The translations under genes were made by a program, and so were the position numbers. From an uncultured delta proteobacterium (lineage in GTDB: Bacteria > Desulfobacterota > Binatia > UBA9968): a stretch of 64,000 nucleotides of DNA. The stretch lies in assembly GCA_963745835.1 (NCBI GenBank), contig CAVUZH010000003.1, positions 672,001 to 736,000 on the forward strand. Reading direction: 5' to 3'. The first letter of the stretch is position 1. Each line of letters begins with the position of its first letter. The notes under the pieces are model-generated. The model saw only the letters and a program-made list of their open reading frames with translations. It was not told the origin of the DNA and did not search any database. This document shows positions 61,490-64,000 of the stretch, piece after piece.

Positions 61490-63271
61490 CTATTTGACCA
61501 GACGGAATTTCCGCTCATCGTCGCGTAAGCCAAACTGAGTCCTGTACAGAGACGCAAACGGACCACCGCGATGCAGCAGCTCGCTAAACGTGCCCTGCTC
61601 AACAATCTGGCCGGCGCGGACGACGAGAATGAGATCCGCTTGTCGAACCGTGGAGAGCCGGTGAGCGATAATGAAAGTGGTCTTGCCCTCCATCAAATGC
61701 TCCAGCCCATCCATAATCAGAGCCTCGGTTTCCGAATCCACGGAAGAAGTGGGCTCGTCCAGAATCAGTATAGGGGCATCGAGTAAGATGCCGCGCGCGA
61801 TGGTGAGACGTAATTTCTGTCCTTCCGATAAAGTGCATCCTTGTTCGCTGATCATAGTTTCGTACTTGTCCGGGAGCTGCTCAACAAAATCATGAACCTG
61901 AGCCACCTTAGCTGCGCTGATGACGTCTTCCAGAGATGCCTCCGGTCGACCATAAGCGATGTTTTCACGAATGTTGAAAGGAAAGACCAGCGGAGGTTGA
62001 AGAATCATAGCTATATTGCGACGCAGGGATTTCAGTTGAAAATCACGAATGTCGATGCCGTCGATGGTTACCCTACCCGATTGCGGGTCGTAGAACCTCG
62101 GCAGGAGACTCACCAACGTGGACTTCCCCGCGCCGGTCGCGCCGACAATCGCAATCCTTTGACCCGGCGCAACGCGAAAATTGATCTCTTTTAAAATCTG
62201 TCGGGAAGAGTCGTATCCAAACGAAACTTGTTCAAACGAGATCTCGCCTTTCGCCCGCTGTGTTCCAAGAGTCCTATGGCCCTCGGGCATGCTCTGTTCC
62301 GAGTCCAGAATGTCGAACGCTCGCCGCACCCCGACTTTTGCGCTCTGCACCAGCCCATAAGTTTCGAAGATGTTGTTCAGCGGGACATAGAGGGAAGCAA
62401 GATACGAGGTAAATACAACCATATCGCCAACCGAAAGCTGTCCTGATAGAACGTGGCGGGTGCCTACCCATAAAACAGCGGCGGTTCCGGCCGCGATCGT
62501 GACATTTACGACCGCAAGATAAAAATTTTGTAGGTTGTAGAGCCGCAAATCGGCTGCCAGACTCTCGGTGCTTGCTTTGACAAAGCCCCGCTCCTCGTCC
62601 TCTTCTTTGGTAAAAGCCTGGATGACGCGTATTCCTGAGAGCGTCCGCTGCAGGAGTGAATAGACTAAACTCTCCTTTTGCCGAGCCTGTGCAGCTGCAG
62701 AGGACATCTTCCTATTAAGAAGCCCGATGGCAACGAAGAGTGCCGGGCACACAGCCAAAGCCAGTAAAGTGAGAGAGGTATCGAGCGAGAGCATTACCAC
62801 GAACATTCCTGCTAGCAGCACTGAGGCTGAGAGGACTGAGAAAAACCCATTCATGGTAAGCGCCTGAATGCACATAGTGTCGGCGGTAATCCGATACATG
62901 AGATCGCCGACCTGCTGGCGGGTATGAAAGGAGAGCGACAGGCGCTGGATCCGGCTGTAGAGGTCTCGACGAAGATCGTTAACCATTCCCTGGCCAATCC
63001 GGACGGTTGCGCAATCATTCAAGAAGCGCACACCGCCCAGCACGATGTAAACAACGACTAAGCCGGTGCAAGCAGCTATGAGAAGGGTCTCCGAAGGCCA
63101 ATTAAGAGCCAATCCAAATGGCAACGGATTGTCGCTCAGAATATTGTCAATAATGATCTTGAGCGGCCACGGCTTGAGAAGCTCCAGTGCGCTAATAAGG
63201 AAAACCTGACCAAGCGCTAGAACGAAGGCCGGCCAATACGGCTTGAGATAGGAACGAACCGTGCGTTTCAT
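61490..63271 (-). CDS. ABC exporter permease/ATPase (MsbA/NdvA-like)
   Basis: PWPLKIIID, GATGAGKS, LSEGQ, LDEPTS and IAHRLST. Confidence 0.93.
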   Translation of the reverse strand: MKRTVRSYLKPYWPAFVLALGQVFLISALELLKPWPLKIIIDNILSDNPLPFGLALNWPSETLLIAACTGLVVVYIVLGGVRFLNDCATVRIGQGMVNDLRRDLYSRIQRLSLSFHTRQQVGDLMYRITADTMCIQALTMNGFFSVLSASVLLAGMFVVMLSLDTSLTLLALAVCPALFVAIGLLNRKMSSAAAQARQKESLVYSLLQRTLSGIRVIQAFTKEEDEERGFVKASTESLAADLRLYNLQNFYLAVVNVTIAAGTAAVLWVGTRHVLSGQLSVGDMVVFTSYLASLYVPLNNIFETYGLVQSAKVGVRRAFDILDSEQSMPEGHRTLGTQRAKGEISFEQVSFGYDSSRQILKEINFRVAPGQRIAIVGATGAGKSTLVSLLPRFYDPQSGRVTIDGIDIRDFQLKSLRRNIAMILQPPLVFPFNIRENIAYGRPEASLEDVISAAKVAQVHDFVEQLPDKYETMISEQGCTLSEGQKLRLTIARGILLDAPILILDEPTSSVDSETEALIMDGLEHLMEGKTTFIIAHRLSTVRQADLILVVRAGQIVEQGTFSELLHRGGPFASLYRTQFGLRDDERKFRLVK

Positions 63272-63295
63272 GGATGTGTCAGAGGGCTGATTTTG

Positions 63296-64000
63296 TCACA
63301 GCACCTCTGCCGATGATTTCGCGACCGGGACAAACTCGAGCTTGTGCGCCAAAGATTCCATGACGTGATAGAGTACGTGGCCGAGGCGGAATTTTTGATA
63401 CAGGATCGCACCCCCGTGAATTAATCCGATACCAAGTGTCGCCAGGGCAATCTGCGGCATCCCGAGGAAAGCGGCGGACGTTGTCAATACCGCATAGAGG
63501 GAAAGGCAGATGAGCGAAACCCTCGACATCCTTAGGGCGCAGCGCACACGTAAAAGCCGCTTTGAGCCGCCATGATTTTCCACCGCTGTCTTCACTTGAG
63601 CTTTTGCCCACGGCCCTTGGCAAATCTCCAGATCCCATTGGCTCCATCCTTGATCCATCGCGATGAGATACTTTCGCGGCAAAAGAAAGTCCATTGCGGC
63701 GCCGAGCAGGCTCTCCTTTTCCTGGCCGGCCTCGTTCCAGTACGAAAGATAAAAGGCGCGCTCGCGCAGCGAGATGCGCGGCGACTGCCGTGGCCCGTTA
63801 CACTCAACCCGTTTGACCTCGCGTAGCCTGCGAATGCGCCAGCGATAGCGCTCGAGGGTTCGAAAGAGTGGCCCAACGTAAATAAGAAATGTTATCAGCA
63901 GAGTCGCCGGCGCGCCCCGGTAAGCCCGGGGGACGCGAGCTCGTAGCGCGCTTGTCAGGCAGCGCGCTACTGTGACGCCGAATGGCGCGAGTGCAAGCCA
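63296..64000 (-). CDS. C-terminal membrane part of a second GH/GT2 fusion (runs off the window; indel near 63720)
   Basis: WSQWDLEI..G....VENHGG..RLLRVR matches YDRWDLEV..G...VEDHGAG..FVRLR at 46050-46170. Confidence 0.72.
   Translation of the reverse strand, partial: WLALAPFGVTVARCLTSALRARVPRAYRGAPATLLITFLIYVGPLFRTLERYRWRIRRLREVKRVECNGPRQSPRISLRERAFYLSYWNEAGQEKESLLGAAMDFLLPRKYLIAMDQGWSQWDLEICQGPWAKAQVKTAVENHGGSKRLLRVRCALRMSRVSLICLSLYAVLTTSAAFLGMPQIALATLGIGLIHGGAILYQKFRLGHVLYHVMESLAHKLEFVPVAKSSAEVL

Overview
Bacterial chromosomal window, probably from a MAG built with long reads. The gene repertoire resembles Candidatus Binatota/'Deltaproteobacteria' (inference from content only). Bases 1-25.9 kb hold catabolic and stress genes: an orphan glycine/betaine-reductase component B pair (GrdE-like plus a UGA-recoded selenoprotein GrdB with a SECIS hairpin and an unusual UxxSxxS motif), an ICL/PEP-mutase-family enzyme lacking its catalytic Cys, two PrpD/MmgE proteins, three orphan NMT1/SsuA-type binding proteins, a class II aldolase, two ThDP enzymes, an OmpR-type two-component system with DegP, DoxX, a flavoprotein and a hydrolase. 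A 621-bp near-perfect direct repeat (25258-25878 and 48950-49570, the 3' part of a binding-protein gene) brackets a ~23 kb accessory segment with no integrase. That segment opens with the most striking signal in the window: a stand-alone DndB/DGQHR (ParB-like) gene preceded by six SAGCTS hexamers at exact 22-bp periodicity (26556-26671) lying across its promoter region. The rest of the segment (cluster A, 32.4-48.5 kb, with a sigma-54 promoter) and the region beyond the repeat (cluster B, 49.6-64 kb) are two divergent homologous glycan-biosynthesis loci. Each has a GH-GT2 fusion, an ABC exporter, a family of GT-B paralogs, methyltransferases, GT39/ArnT-like and SGNH genes. ChbG is intact in B and a relic in A, and OpgC is present only in B. 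Many single-base frameshifts look like sequencing indels.
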